A stretch of 64,000 nt of DNA, from assembly GCA_036785375.1 (NCBI GenBank), contig JAWMAR010000044.1, positions 5,890,001-5,954,000 on the forward strand, given 5' to 3'. The first letter of the stretch is position 1; every line of letters begins with the position of its first letter. Position numbers and translations under genes: made by a program. Shown here one piece after another: positions 37,199 to 47,999 of this stretch. The notes under the pieces were generated by a model. It was not told the DNA's origin and searched no databases. It worked only from the letters and a program-made list of their open reading frames with translations. Source of the DNA: Leucoraja ocellata (taxonomy: Eukaryota).

Positions 37199-40134
37199 CT
37201 ACAAAAGGGCAAATACTTAGATCAAAGCCACATCAGAATTGCAACTCCAACTTCAAGACACCCAGGTCAGAGTCCAGCTTCCTGCATCCAATAACATTGT
37301 TCAAAGAAGGGTCTCGACTCAAAACGTCACATGTTCCTTCTCTTCAGAGATGCTGCCCGACCCGCTGAGTTAGTCCAGTATTTTGCGTCTATCTTCAGTG
37401 TAAACCAGCATCTGCAGTTCCTTCATACACACATTGTCCTTTTATTTATTTTTAAATCAAGTCCAGAGCAGGGGAATCGAGAACCAAAGGGCATGTAAGG
37501 CAAGGGGGGAACAATTTGATAGGGACCTGAGGGGTAACACTTTTTTTTACACAAAGGGTGGTGGGTATATGGAACAAACTGCAGGTGGGGGTAGCTGAGA
37601 CAGGTATCATTGTAAAGTTTCAGAGAAATTGTGACAGGTGCATGGATAGGACAGGTTTAGAGGGTTGTAGGTCAAGCACAGGCAGGTGGAACTGGTGTAG
37701 TAAATGTTGATCTTGTTTTCACACTGTATGACTGTCACTCGAAGTTGAATACTGGAGGGTAGAAACAAGGAACTGCAGATGCCAGTTTACAACAAAAAAA
37801 AGACACCAACTGCTCACTCAAAAAATGACAGCTATAAGAGGATGAAATATAGTTATTTATATTTATACTGGCGAACATGGATAGGCTATATTTCAGGTCA
37901 GGACCCTTCTTCAGACTGACACTAGAGGGCATAGCTTTAAGGTGAGAGGGGTAAAGTTTAAAGGAGATGTGTGGGGAGGGGTTGTTTTTTATTTTACACA
38001 GAGTGGTGAGTGTCTGGTACATGCTGCCAGGGGTGATAGGATAGTGGCATTTAAGAAACGGTTGGATAGGCAGGGAATAGAGGAGTATCAGTTGTGTGCA
38101 GATAGAAAAGAGAGGGTCCTGGCATCATGTTTGGCACAGATATTGTGTGCCGAAGGGCCTGTTCTTGTGCAGTACTGTTCTATGTGTAATATATTTCCTC
38201 CTCCTAGATATCGGGGCAACAAAGGTTTGTTCTGAAGTTATTTTCAGGCCTCATTACATTACAAGGTGGTGTCAGGCAGGGAGCTCCATGATTTACGGCA
38301 GTACAGAGACGCAGCAGAGGAGTTGCTGCTTTATGGCGCCAGAGACCCGGGTTCCATCCTGACTACGGGTGCTGTCTATACGGAATTTGTATGTTCTCCC
38401 AGTGACCGCATGGGTTTTCCCCGGGTGCTCCAGTTTCCTCCCATACTCCAAAGACATGCAGGTTTGTAGGTTAATTGCCTATGGTAAAGATTGTAAATTG
38501 TCGTTTGTGTGTAGGATAGTGCTAGTGTACGGGACGATCGCTGGTTAGCGCGGACTCAGTTTCCGTGCTGTATCGCTAAACTAAACTACTATTAAGGGCA
38601 TGGTTGGACCAAACTGTTCATCAATAGTTGTCCTTGAACAGTTCATCTAATGTAGCTGAAGACACGAGGAAATCTTCAGCAAAAACACAAAGAGTTGGAG
38701 TGACTCAGCAGGTCAGGCAGAATCTGTGAAAGGAAATTGAAAGACGACTTTTCGGATCGGGACACTTCTACAGACGAAGGAAGGGTTCTTCAGTCTACAG
38801 ATGCTGCCTGACCTACTGAGATCCTCCAGCACTTGAAGGTGGTGTCAGGAAAGGTGGTCCAAGATTTTGCCAGGCATTTGCCAAACACTCACCACCCTCT
38901 GTGTAAGTAAAACCCACTGAGCACATCTCCTTTAAACGTTGCCCCTCTCACCTTAAAGCCATGCCCTCGAGAAATGTATTTGTTCCTCCTGGGAAAAAGA
39001 TTCTAATTGGTATTCGAATTCCATCAGACTAACAACAAGGCAACCAGGGACAGGGTCACATTAAATCTGGGATGTTAAGATTATGATTATACAAGTTAAC
39101 GGTTTTCAGATGTTGCAATGACTGGTCAGACAAATATGCAGCTGAAAATATCCTCCAGGCAACAGGCCTAATGCATTGTCATTGTTTAAAAAAATGACAG
39201 CTATAAAGAGGATGAAATATAGTTATTTATACCCGAGCTCAGTGGAACCATAAACTAACAGGTGCAAAACACATGTAGCATAAAATCAAATTAATTAACC
39301 AGTAACGGCAAAAAGTGGCAGTGGTATTATTAAAGAGGTCTTCAATAAACCATCTTCATCCTCCGGCTAAGGTCAGGCTTTCACAGGTTGGCGTATTGAA
39401 GTGATGTAGCTGTATCTGCTTACAGTAAATGTAGATGACACACACCATGTATAAAACAACAGTGTATTCTTGAGTATGGCCAATATTCAAAAAATGAATA
39501 ATGCAGAAAGGAACTGCAGATGCTGCTCTATACCAAAGAGAGACACAAAACGCTGGAGTAACTCAGCGGGTCAGGCAGCATCGCTGGAGAAAAGGGATGA
39601 GAGACCTTTCAGGCTCAGTCTGACCTGCTGAATTACTCCAGCACTTTGTGATTATCTATTCAAAAAATGAAACTGATTAAAGTAAGCTTTTACAGGAAAA
39701 TGCTCAAAACGATGTTTTTCAGAAGGAGGGGAAGTTTTGTGTTTATATAGCACATTTTAGGTCCCTTGCTGTAGGTCTCAAACTACACATTATAAGGTAA
39801 TTAATGCTCTAATAAATGAAAAAGCCACAGCTAATTTATGCACAGCAAGCTCTCTCAACTAAGCAAAGCGGCAATAACCAATGACAACATTTTCTTGATA
39901 AAGTGGCATAGCTGGTAGAGCCACTGCCTCACAATGCCAGAGACACGGGTTCGATCCTGACTTCGGGTGTTTTCTGTGTGGAGTTTCCATGCTCTACCTG
40001 TGACCATAAGGGTTTCCTTCATGAGCTCCTGTTTCTTCCCACATCCTAAAGACTTCCTTCCACTTTCCAAAGAAGTGTGGGTTAGTGGGTTAATCAGCCT
40101 CTGTAAATTGTTCCTGGTGTGTAGGAAGTGGAGA

Positions 40135-40670
40135 TGGAGAACATGGATAGGCAACATTTCAGGTAAGGAACTGATGGTGGTGGGGGGGGGGTTGTGCAAA
40201 AGCTGGAAGGGAGGTGGGGCAGGACAATGTTTAGCAAGTGATAGGTGGACACGGGTGAGGGGGAGGGGTGGGTTGATTGGCAGAAGGTTGGACAAAGGAC
40301 AGAGATGGAAAAAGTGTGAGATAAGGATAGCAGAAGCACAAATTGTGAATCCAGACAAAGGAATATATAATGGAAGGGAAAAGGAAGAAGTGGGTGTGAA
40401 TCCTGGCTGGGCACGGGAAGAGAGGGGGTACAAGAGAGAGAGAGAGAGGGAGGGGAGAAAATATGTTTGTAGGTTTGCTACCTAAAATTGGCTAATCCAA
40501 TGTTCACCCAGTTGGGTTGCAAGCTACCCAAGCAGAGTAAGAGGTGCTGTTCCTACAGTTTGCGTCCGGCCACACTATGGCAGCGGAGGAGGTCCAGGAC
40601 AGAAAGGTCAGCGTGGCAATGGGAAGTGGAGTTAAAATGGTTTGCACCCGGGAGATCCAGTAGGTCTTGG
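40135..40670 (-). mobile_element. Penelope 3' fragment
   Basis: Reverse strand encodes ...EQHLLLCLGSLQPNWVNIG, with a purine-rich spacer and terminal repeat. Confidence 0.7.
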
Positions 40671-41567
40671 GAGATTTCTTCCTTGCTATTAAATTCGTGG
40701 CAGGTGAAGGTCAGTCAGAACTCTAATTTTGAGCTGTGGTATGAACATAGAAACATAGAAAATAGGTGCAGGAGTAGGCCATTCAAGCCAGCACTGTCAT
40801 TCCATATGATCATGGCTGATCATCCAAAATCAGTACCCCTTTCCTGCTTTCTCCCAATATCCTTCGACTCCGTTAGCCCGAAGAGCTATATCTAACTCTT
40901 TTTTGAATACATCCAGTGAATTGGCCTCCACTGCCTCCTGCGGCAGAGAATTCCACAGATAAGCTGTAAAGAGTATATTGCACTGTGCAATGGAGGCGGC
41001 CCAGGGCAGAAAGATTGGAATGGGAATGGGAAGTTCAGTTCATTGTCCACTGACGCCATGAGTGGCAAATAATTGGCAAAAAAAAATCAAGGTTCAATTA
41101 GGATAGAAAGATTATTAGGGAAAATTCCTCTCCGAACATGTTCTATCTAGTCTGCCTCCAAACCCCTAGACAACAGGAACAAGCTTCGAGCGTCAGGTGA
41201 AGCAAATATTATTTCTAATGACACTTGCCATTCTATATCAGCTAAATAGCTGAAGAATTAGTAACGATTTAGTGGCGACACAGCGGTAGAGCTGCTGTCT
41301 TACAACGTCAGAGATCTGGGTTCAATCCTGACTATGGATGCTGTCTGTACGCAGTTTGTACGATCTCCCTTTGACCGTGTGGGTTTTCTCCGGGTGCTCT
41401 CATTTCCTCCCACACTCCAAAGATATACATGTTTGTAGGATAATTGACTTTGGTAAAAATTGTAAATTGTCCCAAGTGTGTAGGATAGTGCTAGTGTACA
41501 GGGATCGTTGGTCGGTGCCTGAGAGCCTGCATCCGTGCTGTATGTGTATCCATGCAACTCTAATTAC

Positions 41568-41737
41568 CTTCCATGTAGTCGCCTGCGATGTAGCAGTGTT
41601 CATGGAGAATTTCCTCCACTCTGCTGAGCGTGATGGCCGGTAAATGTCCAGGGTATTTGAGCTGCAGCAAGCGTTGCATGTACGACGCTGCTTGGCTTCC
41701 ACCAAGATTAATCCTTTTACTGTTACAGGCATCCAAC
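41568..41737 (-). CDS. ACTR5: ACTR5 exon 3
   Basis: (R)[56 protein letters not shown]. Acceptor TGCAG|, donor G|GTAATT, 170 nt. Confidence 0.96.
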
Positions 41738-42133
41738 CTGCATTTGACAAAGAAAATATTCATCATCAAAACACAAAGCAAATGCAGTCTGATACAAATA
41801 TACAACTCTATAGGATGCCCTCACACATGCCATTTCTTGGATGAGGGTAAGTGGGTAGCAATGTGGACACAAAGAACTGCAGCTGCTGGTTCACAAAAGA
41901 GGGCACAATAGTGCTGGAGTAACTCAATGGGTCTGGCAGCATCTCTGGAGAACAAGGATCGGTGATGTTTCGGGTCAGGACACTTCTTCAGACACAAATC
42001 TGAAGAACTTCAGTCCCAACCCGTAACATCACCTATGCATGTTCTCCAGAGATGCTGACACACCGATTGAGTTGCTCCAGCACTGTTGTGCCCTTGAACT
42101 AGTTTCTTTAAGATGGAGTGAAATCATATCTGT

Positions 42134-42274
42134 GTTCAAGAAGGAACTGCAGATGCTGGAAAATCGAAGGTACACAAAAATGCTGGAGAAACTCAGCGGG
42201 TGCAGCAGCATCTATGGAGCTCCATAGATGCTGTTGCACCCGGCTGAGTTTCTCCAGCATTTTTGTGTACCTGG
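42134..42274. mobile_element. Fold-back (tail-to-tail) Penelope terminal-repeat insertion
   Basis: 14-bp TSD GAAATCATATCTGT (42120-42133, 42275-42288). Near-perfect loopless palindrome 42168-42272 made of the same terminal repeat as 47221-47270. Confidence 0.85.
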
Positions 42275-42797
42275 GAAATCATATCTGTCTGTTTTTGTCC
42301 TATTTTAACCTCTCTTTTAAGTCAGTGGTCCATAGACCTCAGAACTCATCGTTATGGTATCGTGCAGGATTCTTTCTCACTCAAAGTTGGCCACTTCATC
42401 CGACTGCTGTGTTTTAGGGCTCAACCCAGCTTTAGTCAGCCAATGCGAGTTGCCATGGGCTCGCTAGATAGTTGCATTCCCATTTTGCTTCCAGATGCCC
42501 AACAAGCTATTTCCTACCTATTCCCCTACTATCCCCTCCCCCAAATGAATTTAAATCCAAGGATTGGCATTGGCTCAGTTGGTGCAATCATGAATATTAA
42601 CTCTTGTTTCTCCTTCCACAGTTGCACACTTTTTTGCTATTCCCAGAGTTTTCATTTTACACTTCCTGTATCTGTAGTTATTTTTCTTATTTTTTTCTTA
42701 TTTTCATTTAATAGAAAAGATCCAAGAAAGTCAAGAGTGTTTTATTGTCATATGTCCCAAAATGACATTCTTACTTGCAGCAGCACAACAGATAAAT

Positions 42798-44175
42798 AAG
42801 GGAGAGAAAATACAGGGAATTATAGACCAATTAGCTTGGCATCGGTGGTGGGGAAGATGCTGGAGTCAATTATAAAAGATGAAATAGCGGCACATTTGGA
42901 TAGCAGTAACAGGATCGGTCCAAGTCAGCATGGATTTACGAAGGGGAAATCATGCTTGACTAATCTTCTGGAATTTTTTGAGGATGTAACTGGGAAAATA
43001 GACAAGGGTGAGACAGTGGATGTAGTGTACCTGGACTTTCAGAATGCATTTGATAAGGTCCCACATAGGAGATTAGTGGGCAAAATAAGAGCACATAGTA
43101 TTGGGGGTAGAGTGCTGACAAGGATAGAAAATTGGCAGATAGGAAACAGTCGGGATTAATGGGTCCCTTTCAGAATGGTAGGCAGTGTCTAGTGGGGTAC
43201 CGCAAGGCTCGGTGCTGGGATGGCAGCTATTTACAATATACATCAATGATTTAGATGAAGGGATTCAAAGTAACATTAGCAAATTTGCAGATGGGTGGCA
43301 GTGTGAGCTGTGAGAAGGATGCTGTGAGGATGCAGGGTGACTTGGACGGGTTGGGTGAGTGGGCGGATGCTTGGCAAATGCAGTTTAATGTGGATAAATG
43401 TGAGGTTTTATCCACTTTGGTGGTAAAAACAGGAATGCAGATTATTATCTGAATTGTGTAAAATTGGGAAAAGGGAAAGTACAAACAGATCTCGAGGTCT
43501 TTGTTCAACACTCACTGAAAGTAAGCATGCAGGTGCAGCAGGCAGTGAAGAAAACTAATGGCATGTTGGCCTTCATAACAAGAGTTGAGCATGGGAGCAA
43601 AGAGGTCCTTCTGCAGTTGTACAGGGCCCAAGTGAGACCACACCTGGAGTATTGTGTGCAGTTATGGTCTCCAAGATTTGAGGAAGGACATTTTTGCTAT
43701 TGAGGGAGTGCAGCTTAAGATCACGAGGTTAATTCCCGGGATGGCGGGACTGTCATATGTGGATAGAATGTAGCGACTGGACTTGTATTCACTGGAATTT
43801 AGAAAGATGAGAGAGGATCTTAAGATTATTAAGGGTTTGGACACGCTAGAGGCAGGAAACACGTTCCCGATGTTGGGGAAGTCAAGAACCACGGGCCACA
43901 GTTTAAGAATAAGGGGTAGGCCATTTAGAACGGAGATGAGGAAAAACTTTTTCACCCAGAGAGTTGTGAATCTGTGGAATTCCCTGCTTCAGAAGGCAGG
44001 ATGCCAATTCTCTGGATGCTTTCAAGAGATAGATAGAGCTCTTAAAGATAGCAAAGTCAGGGGATATGGTGAGAAGGCAGGAACGGGGTATTGAATGTGG
44101 ATGATCAGCCATGATCACAGCGAATGGCAGTACTGGCTCGATGAGCCAAATGGCCTACTCCTGCACCAATTGTCT
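42798..44175 (+). mobile_element. CR1 LINE RT fragment, antisense in ACTR5 intron 2, nested in a Rex1 3' UTR remnant
   Basis: [68 protein letters not shown] with frameshifts. Flanks (42727-42797, 44176-44292) rejoin to match the repeat at 60600-60830. Confidence 0.9.
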
Positions 44176-44867
44176 AAACATATTGTGTAAAACCCATACT
44201 AAACAAAAAGTTCAGTATATATATAAAACAGACAAATTAAATAATAGTGGTTCAAATTCAAAAATCTATATAGTTCAGAGCCCATTTGGAGAAAGTAGCT
44301 ATTCTCGATATCCTGATCAAAAGTTATCCCGAACCTGATTGTATCTCCATGCTGATTAACTGTTTATAGGCTGTACAACCTTTCCTTTAGAATATTTACA
44401 ACATTTCAAAAATGAATAATTTTTATGATTCAATTGCTTTGGGCAGTCACAAAAATGGTTAAAATAATTCAGCAGATATTCAAAGATAGATTGAAAAAAA
44501 TAATACATTTGGAACAAAGGTATACACAAAGTGCTGGATTAACTCAGCAGGCCAGGCAGCATCTCTGGATTTCATGGATAGGTGACGTTCCCGACCCGAA
44601 TGGCACCCATTCTTTTTCTCCGGAGATGCTGCCTGACCTCCTGAGTTATTCCAGCACTTTGTGTGTTTCTTCGTTACATACCAGCATCTGCAGTTCCTTG
44701 CTACACAATATATGTGGAACTGCAGGTCGAGCTTCTGGCTCGAAGTCTAATCACTTTGCTCCGAAACCAATCTTACTCTATAATATACTGTAAACTGGAG
44801 GGAGGCATCATGCAAGTGGTTTTTGTGCAGTTTCTTTTCACTCTATCAATGAAGATGCTCCACAAAC

Positions 44868-45091
44868 CTGCCATTCAGCACTGGCAAAATATGACAGCAA
44901 TGGTACCCAGAGGAAACGATCAGTCCAGTGGAGTTTGCTTTATTATTTCGCCAAAAGCTGTAGAGATTGTCAATTCCATACGACACTTTGGGAACGTGGT
45001 AACACTCGAAGAGGAGTTCGGACATTAACTGTCGGGAATACAGTGGATTACACGGAGCTTCTGTTAGAACGACTGGATGTTCCACACGACT
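44868..45091 (-). CDS. ACTR5: ACTR5 exon 2
   Basis: [43 protein letters not shown]...[15 protein letters not shown]. Acceptor TTACAG|, donor AG|GTTTGT, 224 nt, ends phase 2. Confidence 0.96.
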
Positions 45092-45254
45092 CTGTAACAG
45101 GTACACATGGAAGTAGTTAGCCCAATTTTCACAACTTACTACAGCAGCTTATATTATTTAAAATAACACAACATGCTGGAGTAACTCAGAGGGTCAGACA
45201 GCATCTCTGGAGAACATGAAGAGGTGAGGTCAGGAATTTACTTCAGACTGATTC

Positions 45255-45660
45255 CACTCCTCCACACCCCCCCCCCCCCCCCCCACTCCCCCCTCCCTCC
45301 CCCCTCGTCCCACCCAACCATCCCCCTCAGGATTCCACCCCCTGCAGTAGCCCCTGCCCACCCCCATCCAACAACAACCCTCCCTCACACAACTCTCCCC
45401 ACTAAAATCTGTCTGAGTCATCTCATCCCCTTCAATCCCCCTCAACCTCCTCCAATCCCTCCTCCAACCTCCTCCAATCCCTCCCACCTCCCCCCACCCA
45501 ATCCTTCTCACCCCCCCATCATCCCACTCTCCTCCCCACCCCCTCTCTCCCCGATGCCCCCCCCCCCCCCAATCCTTCTCCCCTTCCCTCAGCATCCTAC
45601 CCATCCACTCCCACTCCCACTCCCACCACCACCATCCCCATCACTCCTCTCCCTCCCGGG
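45255..45660 (-). repeat. C-rich low-complexity tract (G-run-rich on the ACTR5 sense strand) at the start of intron 1
   Basis: Dense CCC/CCCC runs over ~400 bp immediately after the exon 1 donor. Confidence 0.85.
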
Positions 45661-45674
45661 TCTGTAACCTGCAC

Positions 45675-46055
45675 CTGGGAGGCGATGCCGAAGTGCTGGA
45701 AGATGTGGTCGAAGATGTGCTCCTGTATGTCGAGGTTGACCACCACGTTCCTGTCGAACTGGCTCTTGAGGAGCCAGCGGACGAGCTCGACGTTGCCGAT
45801 GTCGTTGCCGACCTGCGTGTCGCTGCGCGCCGCCCCCCGGCCCCGCGCCGCCATGTTCCTGAAGAGCAGCCGCGGTGCCCGCTCCGTCGCCGCCGCCCAG
45901 TCGGCCCGGCACTGGAACGACCCGTTGTCCACCACCAGCGGCAGCCGGCCCTCCCCCAGCTCGAAAACCGGGTCCGCCGCCGCCTTCGCATCCCGAAAAT
46001 AGTAAACATTGGGCGGCGGCGGCTCAGCGCCATCTCGGCCCATGGACGCCGCCAT
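45675..46055 (-). CDS. ACTR5: Actin-related protein 5, coding exon 1
   Basis: MAASMGRD...LVVDNGSFQCRADW...VGN...RWLLKSQFDRNVVVNLDIQEHIFDHIFQHFGIASQ matches the ARP5 N-terminus. ATG in strong context (AAGATGGCG); donor CAG|GTGCAG at 45674. Confidence 0.95.
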
Positions 46056-46120
46056 CTTGGTCCGCCGACAAAAACAACCCTTCCACACGCAAAGCGCCCG
46101 GAACTTTTGTTCCTGCTGCA
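45680..46120 (-). promoter_or_regulatory. CpG island / ACTR5 5' end with YY1 and ETS-like motifs
   Basis: Very GC- and CpG-rich against a CpG-poor background. YY1 consensus AAGATGGCGGC overlaps the ATG (46048-46058); CCGGAA at 46098-46103. Confidence 0.7.
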
Positions 46121-46275
46121 TGCAGTTATATGAATGACAACAGGTAGTTTAACTTCATATAAAGCAAAGATCTTAGAGCAGATCTTTTATATAAAGTTCT
46201 GTAACTGTCAGTCTAGCGACTTGTGGAAGCCACTTTGTAAATTTGGTTGTCTTATCGACTCTCGTTGGCTCGTTT
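46121..46275 (+). mobile_element. Putative left part of the Gypsy 5' LTR, split from its right part (~48954-48991) by the Rex1 insertion
   Basis: Starts TGCAGT and has TATATAAA at 46188-46195. Joined to 48954-48991 it gives a ~200 bp unit ending just before the tRNA-Trp PBS. No 3' LTR is present for confirmation. Confidence 0.45.
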
Positions 46276-47218
46276 ATGAATATACCACAGTCGTTACAGA
46301 CTTCATTAAGAAATGTGTGGAGGACTGCATCCTCATCAAAACCTTCCGAGTGTTTCCCAATCAGAAACCTTGGATGAACTTTGAGATCCGCACTCTTCTG
46401 AAGACCAGACACCGGGCATTCATGTCAGATGATACAGTGGTCTACAAGAAGTCCAGATACGACCTTGGTAAGGCCATCAAAAAGGCTAAAAGGGACTTCT
46501 GCTCCAAGCTGGAGGATGAGACTGATGTTCGGCAGCTGTGGCGGGGCCTGAATGCAATCACCACCAAGGCGAAACCAGGAGGCAGCTCGAATGTTGGCGA
46601 AACATCACTCCCTGACGAGCTCAATGCGTTTTACGCACGCTTTGATGGGGAGAATACTGATGTGCCTTCCCGAGCCCCCATTCGCTGTGATGGTATCTCA
46701 GTCTCAGTCACAGAGGCCGACGTCAAGAAATCCTTCAGAGGGGTGAACCCCCGAAAAGCACCTGGTCCTGATGGCATACCCGGTCGTGTTCTAAAAACCT
46801 GTGCGGACCAACTGGCTGGAGTTTTTACGGACATTTTCAACCTTTCACTACTGAGGTCTGAGGTTCCCACCTGCTTCAAAAGGGCATCAATTATTCCAGT
46901 GCCAAGAAGAGTAAGGTGATGTGCCTCAATGACTATCGACCAGTGGCACCAACGCCGGTGGTGATGAAGTGCTTTGAGAGGTTGATCATGGCGAAAATCA
47001 ACTCCTACCTCGACAAAAACCTGGACCCACTGCAGTTCGCTTACCGCCATAACAGATCAACGGTGGATGCAATCTCGCTGGCTCTCCACTCCGCTCTGGA
47101 CCACTTGGACAACAAAAACTTATATGTCAGGCTGTTATTCTTTGATTACAGCTCGGCATTTAATACTATCATCCCCTCCAAGCTGGTTACCAAACTCGCA
47201 GAACTGGGTCTCTGCGCA

Positions 47219-47999
47219 GGTTACACAGAAAAGCTGGAGAAACTCAGCGGGTGCAGCAGCATCTATGGAGCGAAGGAAATAGGCAACGTTTCGGGCCGAA
47301 ACCCTTCTTCAGACTGATCGGGGGTGGGGGTGGGTGGGGACAAGAAAGGGAAAAGGAGGAGTAGCCAGAAGGCTGGAGGGTGGGAGGAGACAGCAGGGGA
47401 GCTGAGGAAGGGGAGGAGACAGCAAAGACTAACAGAATTGGGAGAATTCGATGTTCATGCCCCGGGGGTGTAGACTCCCCAAACGGAATATGAGGTGCTG
47501 TTCCTCCAATTTCCGGTGCTGCTCGCTGTGGCCATGGAGGAGACCCAGGACAGAGAGGTCGGAGGCGGAGTGGGAGGGGGAGTTGAAGTGCTGAGCCACC
47601 GGGAGGTCAGCTTGGTTATTGCGGACCGAGCGGAGGTGTTCGGCGAAACGATCGCCCAACCTCCGCTTGGTCTCACCGATATAGATCTGCTGGCATCTAG
47701 AGCAGCGGACGCAATAGATGAGGTTGGAAGAGATGCAGGTAAACCTCTGTCGCACCTGGAACGACTGCTTGGGTCCTTGAACGGAGTCGAGGGGGGAGGC
47801 AAAGGGACAAGTGTTGCATCTCCTGCGGCCGCAAGGGAAAGTGCCCGGGGAGGGGGTGGACCGAGAGGGAAGGGAAGAATTGACAAGGGAGTTATGGAGG
47901 GAGCGGTCTTTGCGGAAGGCACCGAGAGGGAAGGGAAGAATTGACAAGGGAGTTATGGAGGGATCGGTCTTTGCGGAAGGCAGACAAGGGAGTTATGGA
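47219..47999 (-). mobile_element. Penelope-like element 3' part (GIY-YIG endonuclease plus terminal repeat) nested in Rex1
   Basis: GTFPCGRRRCNTC...NLIYCVRCSRCQQIYIGETKRRLGDRFAEH...GMNIEFS. Flanked by 13-bp TSD GGGTCTCTGCGCA (47206-47218 and 48000-48012); excision restores Rex1 [17 protein letters not shown]. Confidence 0.93.
47285..47312 (-). ncRNA. Minimal hammerhead ribozyme motif of the nested Penelope element
   Basis: Reverse complement reads CUGAAGAAGGGUUUCGGCCCGAAACGUU, identical to the 15812 copy, ~120 nt downstream of the GIY-YIG stop codon. Confidence 0.65.

Noticed and set aside
45224-45667. Proline-rich and glycine-rich ORFs (also 10501-10938)
   Set aside because: Translations of C/G low-complexity tracts.
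45589-46147. Overlapping alternative-frame and antisense ORFs over ACTR5 exon 1
   Set aside because: Expected from stop-codon scarcity in a CpG island; no independent homology.
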